The notes beneath the pieces were generated by a model. The model was not told where the DNA came from and ran no database searches. It saw nothing but the letters and a program-made list of their open reading frames with translations. 64,000 nt of DNA from Myxococcales bacterium (lineage in GTDB: Bacteria > Myxococcota_A > UBA9042). The position numbers were made by a program, and so were the translations under genes. Location of the stretch: positions 19,296 through 83,295 of the forward strand of contig JBBISH010000013.1 of NCBI GenBank assembly GCA_037441385.1. Direction: 5' to 3'. Shown here in pieces: positions 18,959 through 29,255 of the stretch. Within the stretch, counting starts at the first letter, position 1. Each line of letters starts with the position of its first letter.

Positions 18959-21022
18959 ATGAATCGCACCTGGACCCTGGGGCCGCTGGCGGCCCTGGCG
19001 CTGCTCAACACCGCTTGTGGGGCGCCCGCCGAGCAGCAAAAATCGGACCAAGCCAAGACCGAAGCGACGGCCGCGGCGGCGCAAAAGCCCGCGGAACCGC
19101 CCAAGCATCCGCTGACGATCCGTTGCGAGCAGCGCCTGACCACGGCCAAGTCGCAGCGCGACGCCCTGGTCCAGTTGGGCAAAGGAGGGCCGCGCAACAA
19201 CCCGAACACGGCCGGTGCAGCCCTGAACGCCCTGAACGAGCTGGGGATTGCCTTGGACGCGGCGGCCAACGAGGCGGCGCTGCTGTTCGTGGTGCACCCC
19301 GACAAAGCGGTGCGCGAGGCCGCGGCGCAGTGCGAGCAGCAGACCGAGGCACTGAAGACCGAGATCGTGCTGGATCGCCGCATCTACGACGTGCTGGCGG
19401 GCCTGGACCTGAGCAGCCAGGATGCCGACGGTAAGCGAGTGGTCGAGTTGACCTTGCGCGACTTTCGCCTGGCCGGCGTGGACAAGGACGAGGCGACCCG
19501 CAAGAAGATCGCTGCCCTGCAAGAGCAGTTGGTGCAAGCGGGCCAAGCCTTTGAGAAGAACATCGCCAGCGACGTCCGCAAGGTGCGCTTGGAACCCGCG
19601 CGCCTCAAGGGCCTGCCGCAAGACTGGATCGACGCCCACAAGCCGGCCGCCGATGGCAAAGTCGAGGTGAGCACCGACTACCCCGACTACATCCCGATGA
19701 TGCAGTACGCCGACGATGATGCCGCCCGCAAGGAGCTGTACACGATCTACCGCCAGCGCGGCTGGCCGGACAACCAGGCGATTCTGCAAAAGATCCTGGA
19801 ACTGCGCTTTGAACTGGCGACGCTGACGGGCTTTGCGAATTGGGCCGAGCGCATCACCGCCGACAAGATGACCAAGAACGGCAAGACCGTGGCGGACTTC
19901 ATCGAGCATGTGACGCAGGCGTCCGATGCCAAGGCCAAGGAGGACTACAAGCTGCTGTTGGCCGAGCTGAAGAAAGGCGACGCCAAGGCCACCGAAGTCG
20001 GCGATTGGCAACAGGGCTACCTGCTGGGCCGGCTGAAGAAAGAGAAGGTCCACTTCGACGCCCAAGCCGCCCGGCAGTACTTCGCCTACGACAAAGTGCG
20101 CGACGGCCTGCTGGATCTGACCAGCAAGCTATTCGGCATCACCTACAAGCGCAACACCACGGCGGAAACCTGGCACCCCGACGTGGAGACCTACGACGTC
20201 TACCAGGGCGACAAGCTCTATGGCCGCATTTTCTTGGACATGCACCCGCGCGAGGGCAAGTACAAGCACGCCGCCCAGTTCCCGCTGATTTCGGGCATCG
20301 AGGGCCGCCAGTTGCCCGAGGGCGTGCTGGTCTGCAACTTCCCGGACCCCAAGAAGGGCCCGGCGCTGATGGAGCCCAAAGAAGTCCAGACGTTCTTTCA
20401 CGAATTCGGCCACCTGATCCACCACACCTTTGGCGGGCACGTGGCGTGGCTGCGGTTCTCGGGCGTGGCGACCGAGTGGGATTTTGTCGAGGCGCCCAGC
20501 CAGATCTTCGAAGAGTGGGCCAAGGACTACGACACGCTCAAGGCCTTTGCGAAGAACGACAAGGGCGAGGTCATGCCCAAGGATCTGGGCGACAAGATCC
20601 GCAAAGCCGACGATTTTGGCCGGGGCCTGTGGGTGCGCCACCAGATGTTCTACGCCGGGCTGTCGCTGAACCTGCATGACCGCGACCCCAAGGGCCTGGA
20701 CGCCGACAAGATGGTGGAGCAGATCCAAGCCAAGTACAGCCCGTACAAGATGGTGGAAGGGACGCACATGCAGGCGAGCTTTGGCCATTTGAACGGCTAC
20801 TCGGCCATCTACTACACCTACATGTGGTCGATGGTCATCGCCAAGGACCTGTTCTCGCGCTTCCAGAAAGACGGCATCTTGAATCCGGCCGTTGCGATGC
20901 GCTACCGGCAGAAGGTCCTGGAAATGGGTGGGCGCAAGGACGCGGCCGATCTGGTGGCCGACTTCTTGGAGCGTCCCTACTCGCTGAAGTCGTGGGAATC
21001 CTGGTTGAACAAGAAGGACTAG
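18959..21022 (+). CDS. M3-family metallopeptidase (thimet oligopeptidase-like), lipoprotein
   Basis: FHEFGH zinc motif, LDMHPREGKYKHAA, DFVEAPSQIFEEW, FGHLNGYSAIYYTYMWS; lipobox LNTAC. Confidence 0.93.
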   Translation: MNRTWTLGPLAALALLNTACGAPAEQQKSDQAKTEATAAAAQKPAEPPKHPLTIRCEQRLTTAKSQRDALVQLGKGGPRNNPNTAGAALNALNELGIALDAAANEAALLFVVHPDKAVREAAAQCEQQTEALKTEIVLDRRIYDVLAGLDLSSQDADGKRVVELTLRDFRLAGVDKDEATRKKIAALQEQLVQAGQAFEKNIASDVRKVRLEPARLKGLPQDWIDAHKPAADGKVEVSTDYPDYIPMMQYADDDAARKELYTIYRQRGWPDNQAILQKILELRFELATLTGFANWAERITADKMTKNGKTVADFIEHVTQASDAKAKEDYKLLLAELKKGDAKATEVGDWQQGYLLGRLKKEKVHFDAQAARQYFAYDKVRDGLLDLTSKLFGITYKRNTTAETWHPDVETYDVYQGDKLYGRIFLDMHPREGKYKHAAQFPLISGIEGRQLPEGVLVCNFPDPKKGPALMEPKEVQTFFHEFGHLIHHTFGGHVAWLRFSGVATEWDFVEAPSQIFEEWAKDYDTLKAFAKNDKGEVMPKDLGDKIRKADDFGRGLWVRHQMFYAGLSLNLHDRDPKGLDADKMVEQIQAKYSPYKMVEGTHMQASFGHLNGYSAIYYTYMWSMVIAKDLFSRFQKDGILNPAVAMRYRQKVLEMGGRKDAADLVADFLERPYSLKSWESWLNKKD

Positions 21023-21028
21023 GCCACC

Positions 21029-21568
21029 GTGAACGGCGGACTGCGCAAGGCGATGCTGACGTTGGCCCTGGGCTCGGCGCTGGCCGGCTTGGCGGCGGCA
21101 ATCGCTCTGCGCGAGCCTGGGCATCTGCGCACGGATCTGGGCGGCATGGCTGTGCCGATCTTGGCGCTGCCGGTGGTCCGTCCCGAGGGCAGGCCCACGC
21201 AGGCGCGGTTGAGCGCGAGCGATTTCAAGGGTCGGCCGTTACTGCTGCACTTTTGGGCGCCGAGTTGCCGACCGTGCGTCAAGGAACTGCCCCTGTGGCA
21301 AAAGCGCCACGAAGAGGCGGCGGCCCATGGCTATGCGGTGCTGGCGGTAGCTGGCGACGACGCCGAGGACGTGCGGAAATTCCTGAAAGAGGGCAACTAC
21401 ACCCTGCCGGTGGTGGTGGACGCGACCGGCCAGCTGTTCGAGGCCCTGCGCGTCACGGCGATTCCGGCGACAGCGGCGGTCAATCGGCAAGGCGTCGTCA
21501 GCGAGTACCGCGAGGGTGTCGTGGAGGATCGCGACTTTGCCTCGCTGCTGGCAGCGGCGCGCAAGTAG
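21029..21568 (+). CDS. TlpA/ResA-like thiol-disulfide oxidoreductase
   Basis: N-terminal TM; FKGRPLLLHFWAPSCRPCVKELP; IP cis-Pro motif. Confidence 0.88.
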   Translation: MNGGLRKAMLTLALGSALAGLAAAIALREPGHLRTDLGGMAVPILALPVVRPEGRPTQARLSASDFKGRPLLLHFWAPSCRPCVKELPLWQKRHEEAAAHGYAVLAVAGDDAEDVRKFLKEGNYTLPVVVDATGQLFEALRVTAIPATAAVNRQGVVSEYREGVVEDRDFASLLAAARK

Positions 21569-21681
21569 GAGGCGGCCGTGGCGGTGGCGTGGGGGCCCAG
21601 CGCCCGCCGCGCCGCTGGCGTCGGCCAAGGCCACCGAACTAGCCAAAGCTCGCTGATTTAAGAACACTTTCACGAATCGCC

Positions 21682-21714
21682 CCGCCGACCGGGCGCCGGC
21701 GGTGGTCCTTTTTT
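21682..21714 (+). terminator. Possible intrinsic terminator
   Basis: ccgccg...cggcgg stem followed shortly by TTTTTT, downstream of the peptidase/TlpA genes. Confidence 0.3.
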
Positions 21715-21718
21715 GTAG

Positions 21719-21757
21719 TTGACGACGTGGTGTGTGTAGTACATACTACACACACCA
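21719..21757 (+). promoter_or_regulatory. Promoter with overlapping perfect palindromic operator
   Basis: TTGACG-N17-CATACT; palindrome tggtgtgtgtagta-ca-tactacacacacca at 21728-21757 ends on the A of the ATG. Confidence 0.7.
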
Positions 21758-22125
21758 TGACCGAGTTTGGAAAATACCTGCGCGAGCTGCGCGAAACGAC
21801 TGACCGCGAGGCCATCGAGTGCGGGTTGCCGCGCTATTCGCTGCGATGGCTGGCAGCGGAGGCGGGCCTGGAGCCGTCGTACCTGTCCAAGATCGAACGG
21901 GGTCTGGCGCCGCCGCCGTCGGAGGCCAAGATCCGCGCCATCGCCGCCGCGCTGGAGGAGGACCCTGACGTGCTGCTCGCGTTGGCCGGCAAGGTGTCTT
22001 CGGATCTGCAAGAGGCGATTCGCAAGCGGCCGGAGCTATTTGCCGAGCTGATTCGTGTGTTGAAAGACATGCCCGACGAAGCGGTCTTGCGCGTGGTGCG
22101 CGAGGTCCGCGACGGGGAATGGTAG
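21757..22125 (+). CDS. XRE-family HTH transcriptional regulator
   Basis: FGKYLRELRE...SLRWLAAEAGLEPSYLSKIERG. Confidence 0.9.
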   Translation: MTEFGKYLRELRETTDREAIECGLPRYSLRWLAAEAGLEPSYLSKIERGLAPPPSEAKIRAIAAALEEDPDVLLALAGKVSSDLQEAIRKRPELFAELIRVLKDMPDEAVLRVVREVRDGEW

Positions 22126-22155
22126 CGCCAGGCTTGGCGCAGGCAGGGGGATCGG

Positions 22156-23193
22156 ATGCTGGAGTTGCGCCGCGACCAATTGCAGTTCACTTTCAACGAG
22201 GTGCATCCGAGCGCCCAGCTCACCTTGAGCTTTCAGCGCACGTTGCGCATCCCCGACGACGACCGCAGCTACCCGTTGCCGCCCGGATTGGGCTGCTTTC
22301 CGCTGCGCCACGTCGACGATTTTGCCGCGCAACTGCCGGCGGACTGGCAAAGGCGCGGCGGGGTGATGCTGCCGATGTGGCAGGCCGAGGCGATGTGGCT
22401 GTCGATCCGCGCCGGCTACGACAGCGACCGCGGCGTGGACTACCCGTTCGCCCTCAAAGTGGCGGCCGGCAAGCGCAGCGCGGTCACCGGCAAGGCCTGG
22501 CACAGCGGGCTGAATCGCGAGCCGCAGGACTACCTGGTCGCGCCGACCCAGCCCTGGCTAGACGGGTTCTGCGTCGAAAAGGGCTTGATTCGCCAGTTCG
22601 TCGCCATGCCGCTGGGCCAGGGCTACAGCGTAGAGGAACAGCTGGATGGCAAGGCCGAGTTTGGTGGGCTACAGCTCGAAGTGTTCCCGATGAAACGATC
22701 CGTCTTCGAGCGGCGCTTCCCGGTGCGGCCGCCCAGGGACGAGTACTTCAGCGACCTGGCGGTTCCGTGCGCGCCCATGATGCCCTGTGCGGCGGCACCG
22801 GGGATGGCGATGGGGTTGGCAGCGGGCGGCAAGATGCGGCAAGAAATCAGCGTCGATCCCTACGAGCTGGACGACTGGGATCTGGAGCACGGCCAGCGCT
22901 GCTTTGTGCACTTGTGCAACAGCGCCGTGTGGCAACAAGTGACCGGCACCGCGCCGCCCACCCTGCCGCCCAGCGCCAAAGACTACTCGCAAGCCGGGCT
23001 ACCCTGGTTCGAATACTACAGCGATGCGCCCGCGGTCGAGGGCGGCAAGCTGCTGAGCGCCATCAAGTCCGTGTTCCAGCTGGGCAAAGACAAGGGCCAG
23101 ACCCCACTGCCAGAAAACGCACCGGCGGTGCCCAAAGTAGTTGTCGGCCTTGAGCCGCGCAAGAGCGACCAGGTGCGAGTGGGCGAATTCTAG
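22156..23193 (+). CDS. Conserved hypothetical protein
   Basis: FQRTLRIPDD, LPPGLG, LPMWQAEAMW, QDYLVAPTQPWLDGF, RQFVAMPLG blocks. Confidence 0.75.
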   Translation: MLELRRDQLQFTFNEVHPSAQLTLSFQRTLRIPDDDRSYPLPPGLGCFPLRHVDDFAAQLPADWQRRGGVMLPMWQAEAMWLSIRAGYDSDRGVDYPFALKVAAGKRSAVTGKAWHSGLNREPQDYLVAPTQPWLDGFCVEKGLIRQFVAMPLGQGYSVEEQLDGKAEFGGLQLEVFPMKRSVFERRFPVRPPRDEYFSDLAVPCAPMMPCAAAPGMAMGLAAGGKMRQEISVDPYELDDWDLEHGQRCFVHLCNSAVWQQVTGTAPPTLPPSAKDYSQAGLPWFEYYSDAPAVEGGKLLSAIKSVFQLGKDKGQTPLPENAPAVPKVVVGLEPRKSDQVRVGEF

Positions 23194-23376
23194 ACCACCA
23201 ATCACAAATCTCCGAGGTTCAGAGCAACGCAACCACTCGCTGACGAAAACTCGTTGATGCCCAGTGGGGCGCAAGCGAGCGCCTGCGGCGACTCACCGCG
23301 CCGATTTCGAAGGCTCGGATGCGCGGAGAAAGTCTAAACTGATCCGCTCTCTAGCGCGCGTCGCGCCGACCATCGC

Positions 23377-23565
23377 CTACATGTCCATGCCGCCCATGCT
23401 GTTGCCGTCGGTGTCGGCGGGCGCGTCGCTGCTGGAGCTGCCATCGGAGGTGCTGCCGTCCGTGGCGCTGGCATCGGCGGGATCCTCGTGCTTGGAGGCC
23501 TCGCAGCCCTGAGAAAGCCCCGCCACCAGCATCGCGGCAGCCAGCCAAAAAGCCATGTTCTTCAT
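23377..23565 (-). CDS. Small lipoprotein with acidic/Ser linker and Met-rich tail
   Basis: GAGGG RBS; LSQGC lipobox; ends SMGGMDM. Confidence 0.6.
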   Translation of the reverse strand: MKNMAFWLAAAMLVAGLSQGCEASKHEDPADASATDGSTSDGSSSSDAPADTDGNSMGGMDM

Positions 23566-23580
23566 TATTCCCTCGCGTTA

Positions 23581-23712
23581 TACCGGTTCCGTGCGAATCG
23601 GATCGAAAACTCAGGCAATTCTTCGGGCCCGAACCGGGGTCCCCGCTTGATTCTCGCCAGTTGCAGATCGGGTCACCGAAACCGTACCAGCGTGAATCAG
23701 GTGGGGTGCGTA
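23581..23712 (+). mobile_element. 132-bp MITE-like repeat, copy 2
   Basis: Same length and TAC...GTA ends as copies 1 and 3; flanks TTA and TGG. Confidence 0.75.
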
Positions 23713-23720
23713 TGGGCCGG

Positions 23721-25595
23721 TCAGGGCGCCTGGGGCGCCGGCAATCCCAGCACATAGGCCGCCACGGCCGCGGCCTGCTCGGCACTGAGCTGGATGCCGG
23801 CGTGGCGATTGGCCGGCACCAGCGCCGGTTGACTCAAAAGTGTTTGGACATAGCCCGGTTGCAGCCGACGGGCGCTACCGTCAAGGGTTGGCCCCTTCAT
23901 GGTGCCGGCCCCAGCGGCCATGTGGCAAGTCGGGCAGCCAAGCTGAGCATACAAGTTGGCGCCATGACTCATCGCTTCGGCCGACGCCGTCGCTGGCTCG
24001 GCCAGGGGCACCCGATCGTCGCCCAGAGCGCCTTGCAGCCACGCGGCCAGCTGCTGAGCCTCGGCCGCCGTCATCCCCAGGATGGGCATGCGCTCGGCCT
24101 GATCCATGCGCACGGTCACGGGCGACTGCAAGAAATCCTCTAGCCAGGCTCGGTTCAAACGGGCGCCGGCGCCGTCCAAGGCGATACGTGCGACATCGCC
24201 GCCGTGACCGCCGATGCTGTGGCAGACCAGACAGCGGAAGCGGTCGATCAGTCGGCCGGTTTGTCCGGCGGGCAGCCGCAGCTCGGGCGGGTCGTGGTCG
24301 CGCAGCAAGGTGGCGGGCAGTGGAACGGCGCGGAGGCTCGCCAGCGCCGTGCCGACCGCCAGGGCGTCGGCAGCAGTCAGGCCTGGCAGAGTGGGCATCC
24401 GCGCTGGCGCTCCGCCCTTCTGGTCAAAGGCCGTGGGGAGTTGCACCTTGCGGGCGACCCAGCTGGGCAGATCCGGCAGCGCCTCGCCCGTGGCGGTGTG
24501 CGGCAAGTCGACCACGTGGCGATCGCCCAGTCGATCCAGCGCGGGGGCGATCTGGGCGCCCAGTTGGCCCGCCACGCGATGGCAACCCGCGCAGCCCAGA
24601 TCCGCAAAGAGCTTCTTGCCTTGCACGGCCTTGGTCGGCTCCACCGGCGCTTCGTACGCCTTCCACGGCGGCTCGCCCGAATCGGCCAGCCACTCCTCGC
24701 CGGCGTAGGTGGCGATGTCCAGCGCTTCTTGGGGGGCAAGGCGGAAGCCAGGCATGCGCGTGTGGGGTCGCAGGCGGTGGGTGTCAACGAGCAGCGTGAA
24801 GATCCAGGCCGGCTGCAGCTTCATGCCGGCCAGGGCCAAGTCGGGCCCCACGTCGCCGCCGCGGCCGTCGATCTTGTGACAGGTGGCACAGCGCCTGGTC
24901 GCCACAGCCTTTTTGCCGCGCTCGCCGTCGCCGGTCAGGTCCGCAGGCAGCGGCGCCAGGGCCGGACCCGGGACACTCCAAAGGTAGGCGACCAAGGCCT
25001 CGATCTCTTCGGAATTCAGGCGAAACGTTGGCATGCGGTGGCTCGCCTGGAGCTTGCCAGGGTCGGCCAACCAGGCGCGCACAAAGCCCGGCGACACCGC
25101 GTCGCGCAAACCGTCGAGCTCTGGGGCAAAGTCGGGCCGGGGAACGCCAGGGATGGCATGGCAACCGGCGCAGCCTTTGTCGGCCAAAAGCTGGCGACCT
25201 TTCGCCACTTGCGGCACCGGTGCCTGGGCGCCCAGGTGGCAGCGACCGCAGGCGGCGGCCTGCTCGGCTGGTGAGAACAGCGGGCGCTCCCAGTCCATGC
25301 TGACCAAGTGCGCGGCTTCTTTGCGCGTCGCAAAGCCCTGGCCGCCGTGGCAGACGGTGCAGCCAAAGCGTTCGGGCGGATGGGCGTCGTCCAATCCCGC
25401 GTGGTGCTTTGGGTTTTCGTGGCAGAGCTCGCAGCGGTCCACCGCGCCCAAGGCCGGGACAAGCCGCTGCTGAACTTGGGCTGGCCGGCCGGCATCCACG
25501 ACCACCGCATAGCCAAACAGCAGCGCACAGGCCAAGGCCGTCAAAGCGAAAGCCCAATGCAGCCGGTCACTTTGAAGGGCTGAATTGCTGCTCAT
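23721..25595 (-). CDS. Membrane-anchored multiheme cytochrome c (8 CxxCH)
   Basis: CELCH, CTVCH, CGRCH, CAGCH, CATCH, CAGCH, CLVCH, CPTCH; N-terminal TM; ATG overlaps the cytochrome b stop. Confidence 0.9.
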   Translation of the reverse strand: MSSNSALQSDRLHWAFALTALACALLFGYAVVVDAGRPAQVQQRLVPALGAVDRCELCHENPKHHAGLDDAHPPERFGCTVCHGGQGFATRKEAAHLVSMDWERPLFSPAEQAAACGRCHLGAQAPVPQVAKGRQLLADKGCAGCHAIPGVPRPDFAPELDGLRDAVSPGFVRAWLADPGKLQASHRMPTFRLNSEEIEALVAYLWSVPGPALAPLPADLTGDGERGKKAVATRRCATCHKIDGRGGDVGPDLALAGMKLQPAWIFTLLVDTHRLRPHTRMPGFRLAPQEALDIATYAGEEWLADSGEPPWKAYEAPVEPTKAVQGKKLFADLGCAGCHRVAGQLGAQIAPALDRLGDRHVVDLPHTATGEALPDLPSWVARKVQLPTAFDQKGGAPARMPTLPGLTAADALAVGTALASLRAVPLPATLLRDHDPPELRLPAGQTGRLIDRFRCLVCHSIGGHGGDVARIALDGAGARLNRAWLEDFLQSPVTVRMDQAERMPILGMTAAEAQQLAAWLQGALGDDRVPLAEPATASAEAMSHGANLYAQLGCPTCHMAAGAGTMKGPTLDGSARRLQPGYVQTLLSQPALVPANRHAGIQLSAEQAAAVAAYVLGLPAPQAP

Positions 25596-26743
25596 TGCGG
25601 CCACCACATCAGCGCCCAGCCTGGGCCGCGGAACAGCGTGCCGATCACGGTCGTCACCGCCATGAACAGCAACAGCAGGCCAAATAACGCTTGGGCAATC
25701 CGGCGCTCTTTGGGCAGGTACTGACCCACACCCAAAGCATGGGTGTCCATGTAGGGCAGTAGGCACAGACCTAGCACGGTGGCGGCCGGAACGAAGACGC
25801 CGCCCCAAAACGCCGAATAGTGCGCAAGCTCTTGAACACCCAGGAAATACCACGGCGCTTTGGCCGGGTTGGGCGTGCGCGAGGGATCGGCTTCGGGTTC
25901 GAGCGGCGCTTGCAGCCACAGCGCCAGCGCCAACAGTACCGCGGTCGCGGCCAGCGCCACGATCAATTCGCGGTAGACCAAGTGCGGCCACGCCGGCACC
26001 AACTTGTGGCCCTCTTCGCCGCGACCGCCGCCAGGAGCGTTTTCGCTGACGACTAACCCGCCGTCTTTGCGCACGCGGAACAAATGGAAGCCCACGACCA
26101 GAAACAGGATCGCCGGCAACGCTACGCAGTGCAGCACATAGAAGCGCAAGAGCGCCGACTCGCCCACACTGCGGTCGCCCAGGATCAACTGACGAAAATC
26201 GTCACCTACGAACGGAACGGCGGCGGCCATGTTGGATCCCACCGTAACCGCCCAATACGCCAACTGATCCCAGGGCAGCAGGTAGCCCGTGAAGCTGAGG
26301 GCCAAGGTCAGGAACCACAGGCCTACGCCCGCCACCCAGTTGGCCTGGCGAGCGCCCTTGTAGCCGCTGACCAGGTAGACGCGGACCATGTGGAGCGTGA
26401 CCATCGCCACCATGGCGTGGGCCGCCCAACGGTGGGCGTTGCGGGTCAGCGTGCCCAGCGGCACCACAAAGGCCAGATCCTTCATCGTGCGCCAGGCCGC
26501 GTCCGGGTGGGGAATGTAATAGAACATCAGGTAGATGCCTGTTGCCGTCAGCTGCAAAGCCAGCACCAGCGAGATCAGACCAGCCGCCCAACTGGCGCGG
26601 AACTTCAGACTCTCTGGCCGGATTTTTGGCGCATGCACGTGCAGCACCAGCGACGAGAGCATGGCCTTGACGGCCGAGCGCTCGTCCTGTGGCCAGCCGA
26701 TGCGCCACACGGACTTCCAGATGCCCTGCAGCCACTTGCCCAT
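25592..26743 (-). CDS. Cytochrome b of a Rieske/cytb complex (b6 and subunit IV-like parts fused)
   Basis: HRWAAH...TLH and VLH...GFH heme ligands; FTGYLLPWDQLAYWA; PEWY-equivalent KAPWYF. Confidence 0.93.
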   Translation of the reverse strand: MGKWLQGIWKSVWRIGWPQDERSAVKAMLSSLVLHVHAPKIRPESLKFRASWAAGLISLVLALQLTATGIYLMFYYIPHPDAAWRTMKDLAFVVPLGTLTRNAHRWAAHAMVAMVTLHMVRVYLVSGYKGARQANWVAGVGLWFLTLALSFTGYLLPWDQLAYWAVTVGSNMAAAVPFVGDDFRQLILGDRSVGESALLRFYVLHCVALPAILFLVVGFHLFRVRKDGGLVVSENAPGGGRGEEGHKLVPAWPHLVYRELIVALAATAVLLALALWLQAPLEPEADPSRTPNPAKAPWYFLGVQELAHYSAFWGGVFVPAATVLGLCLLPYMDTHALGVGQYLPKERRIAQALFGLLLLFMAVTTVIGTLFRGPGWALMWWPQ

Positions 26744-26746
26744 GAG

Positions 26747-27205
26747 TTACCCCACTTGCAGGCGCGTATCGCCCGCAACCGTCTGCGCCAGGTCGGCGAT
26801 GACGTTGCCGCGGGCGTCGCGGATCAGGCGCACGAAACTCAGGTCGCGGGGCGCCGGTCCACCCGTGACATGGCCCTGGTCGTCGTAGGTGCTACCGTGG
26901 CAGGGGCAGACGAAGCCGCCGCCGGCCGCCTCGCGCACCGTGCAGCCCAAGTGGGTGCAGGTCGACGACATCGCCGACAGCCCCTTGGGATCGTGGCGCA
27001 CGAACAGCCCGGCGTCGTCGACATAGACGCGGCCCCCGGCGAACCGCCCGACTTGCCCCAGGTTGCGGCGCTGCGACGGCCCGTAGCTGACCGGCGCTTT
27101 GGCAAACCGCAGGCTGGCCCAGGCGGCCTCAGCGCTGAGCGCCACCAAGGCCGCGCCGCCGATCTGACCCAAGAACTTGCGACGACTGGTGTTTTGCTGT
27201 TCCAT
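26747..27205 (-). CDS. Rieske [2Fe-2S] protein with Tat signal
   Basis: SRRKFL; CTHLGC; CPCHGS; GPAPRDL. Confidence 0.95.
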   Translation of the reverse strand: MEQQNTSRRKFLGQIGGAALVALSAEAAWASLRFAKAPVSYGPSQRRNLGQVGRFAGGRVYVDDAGLFVRHDPKGLSAMSSTCTHLGCTVREAAGGGFVCPCHGSTYDDQGHVTGGPAPRDLSFVRLIRDARGNVIADLAQTVAGDTRLQVG

Positions 27206-27224
27206 TCGACTCAGCCCTCCAACT

Positions 27225-27821
27225 TTACTTGGCTTTCAAGGTGACGGCGACCGCGGCTGGCGCGCCTGCGGCGACCGTGACTTGGATGTCAGCGGCGCCC
27301 AGCTTTTCGTGCCACACGCCCAAGGTGTAGTTGCCCGGAGCCAGGCTACTCAGGGTGAACTTGCCCTCCTTGTCGCTGACGGCGAACTGGGCGGTGTCCA
27401 GCACCACCACGTAGGCGATCATGTCGTCGTGGACCTTGCAGAGCTGGCGGTAGATGCCCGACTTGGCAAAAACGTGGGACTTCTTCTGCCCTTGCGGCCA
27501 GGTGCCCAGGTCGTACTTGTCGCCGTCGATGGTGTAGACGTTGTGGGCCACCGGGTCCGAGTTCAAGAACTCCACCGTCCAGCCGCGGGCGATCGGCAGG
27601 ATCCGCGGCAAGAACACCATGCCTTTTTGGTCCAGCGTCACGGTCTTGGCGCCCAGCGGCGCGGCCGGGCCCTGCTTGACGTAGACGATGGCGCCCGCGC
27701 GGTGCTTGGGGATCGGCGCGGCCACGGTGCCCGCGATCGAGCCGGTATCGGCCAGGGCGGTCGGGCCCCAGAAAAGAGTAGTCGAAATCAGCGAAATCAG
27801 GGTCAACAGACGAGCCAGCAT
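27225..27821 (-). CDS. Exported cupredoxin-like protein with carboxypeptidase-regulatory-like beta domain
   Basis: Signal peptide; [11 protein letters not shown] and CKVHDDM give a type-1 Cu ligand set (H, C, H, M). Confidence 0.75.
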   Translation of the reverse strand: MLARLLTLISLISTTLFWGPTALADTGSIAGTVAAPIPKHRAGAIVYVKQGPAAPLGAKTVTLDQKGMVFLPRILPIARGWTVEFLNSDPVAHNVYTIDGDKYDLGTWPQGQKKSHVFAKSGIYRQLCKVHDDMIAYVVVLDTAQFAVSDKEGKFTLSSLAPGNYTLGVWHEKLGAADIQVTVAAGAPAAVAVTLKAK

Positions 27822-27851
27822 GGCGTCCTCCAGGGTCCGTAGAACAGGGGG

Positions 27852-29171
27852 TTAGAAAGCGGCCGAAAAACCAGCCGAGACCGCGCGCAAGTCCGCCTTG
27901 GTGCCGGGATCCGCACCCACGCCGACATCGGCGCGGAGCAGCAGGTTCGGCCGCAGGATCCAAGTGCCTTGCAGCGAGGCAAGATAGCGCTGATCGGGCT
28001 TGCCCTCGCCGTAGTCCAGGCTGCTGCCCTCGAAGCGGATCGTGGGCACCACCACCGCGTTGACCATGTAGGTCAGCTCGGCAAACAGCATGTCCATCGT
28101 CATCTTCTGCCCGGCGGTGGCGGTGGGCTGGCTATGGCTTTGGCGCACGCCCACCACGTCCAGCAGCAAGTCGTCGAATACGCCGTGCAAGTCCACGCCG
28201 ATGCGCAGGAAATCGTCGTCATGGATGGCCATGCCGTTGGCGGCTAGCAGACCGCTGCGGCCCGACCAGGCCGAAAAGCCCAAGGAGAGACTGCGCTCGC
28301 TCCAAGCTGCCGCGCCCGCCGCCGCGTCGGCGCCGTCCAAACGCATACCGCCCAGCTTGTACTCCAGCCGGCCGTAGAAGTTCTTGTGCGCGTCGGTGCT
28401 GGCCGGCACCGTTTCGGCGACGCCCAGGGCCCACGCCGCCCGGCCAAAGGCCACGCCGGACAGTTCAAGGCCAGTCGAGCTCATTTCGGGCGAGAAGCCG
28501 TTGAGTTGCACGGTGTTGGTGGTCAAACGCAGTTGGTGATTGAAGATGCCGCGGTGGATCGACACGCCATGCAGCTCGGGCTCGAAGCGGCCCACCCGCA
28601 CATGCAGCGCCGTGGGCCCGGCCGGCGTCAGCACCGCAAAGGCGCGCTCGACGCTAATGGGCTCGTGACCGCCCACGTCGATCGAGCCAAAGTAACCGCC
28701 GATTTCGCCAAGCGTTCCGCCCGAGCGCAGGCCGATGTGCCCGCCCAGACCGCCCAGGGCCAGCGCGTTTTCGTTGTGGCCTTCGGGCATCTCCATCCCG
28801 GCCATCGCGGCACCCTCGTGGTGCCCCTCGGGCTCGGGGCCAAAGGTCATCTTGCCGTCGACCAGCAGCGACAGCGGCAGCTGACGGGCGACCTGACCGG
28901 GCCAAACCGCAGCTGGGTAGCGGTCTTTCATCGCGTCGTTGCCCAGCGGCAGCGGCTCTTCCTTTTCGGCCGTCGCGTCACCGCCACCCGGGAAGCGGTA
29001 GGCATTGCGGCGGAAGGCCTCGCCAAATGGCGTGAGCTTGGGGAAGGCGACGTGGCAGGTCTGACAGCTGGTCTCGTAGCGGCGGGCAAAGGCCGGAATA
29101 GCCTGCGCCTGACCGGCCAGCAACAGCACGGTCATGGCCGCACACAGGGCGGCGATACGCTGAAAAAGCAT
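27852..29171 (-). CDS. Cyc2-like fused monoheme cytochrome c / outer-membrane porin
   Basis: Signal peptide (AQA), then IPAFARRYETSCQTCHVAFPKLTPFGEAFRRNAY; beta-strand C-terminal region ending in F. Confidence 0.75.
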   Translation of the reverse strand: MLFQRIAALCAAMTVLLLAGQAQAIPAFARRYETSCQTCHVAFPKLTPFGEAFRRNAYRFPGGGDATAEKEEPLPLGNDAMKDRYPAAVWPGQVARQLPLSLLVDGKMTFGPEPEGHHEGAAMAGMEMPEGHNENALALGGLGGHIGLRSGGTLGEIGGYFGSIDVGGHEPISVERAFAVLTPAGPTALHVRVGRFEPELHGVSIHRGIFNHQLRLTTNTVQLNGFSPEMSSTGLELSGVAFGRAAWALGVAETVPASTDAHKNFYGRLEYKLGGMRLDGADAAAGAAAWSERSLSLGFSAWSGRSGLLAANGMAIHDDDFLRIGVDLHGVFDDLLLDVVGVRQSHSQPTATAGQKMTMDMLFAELTYMVNAVVVPTIRFEGSSLDYGEGKPDQRYLASLQGTWILRPNLLLRADVGVGADPGTKADLRAVSAGFSAAF

Positions 29172-29255
29172 AGGAAACTCCTGAATTGTGAACACAAGGC
29201 CAGGGCCGCGGCAGAGTCAGCCGGCAGCCGACGATCCAAGGGCGATCGCGCGGGC

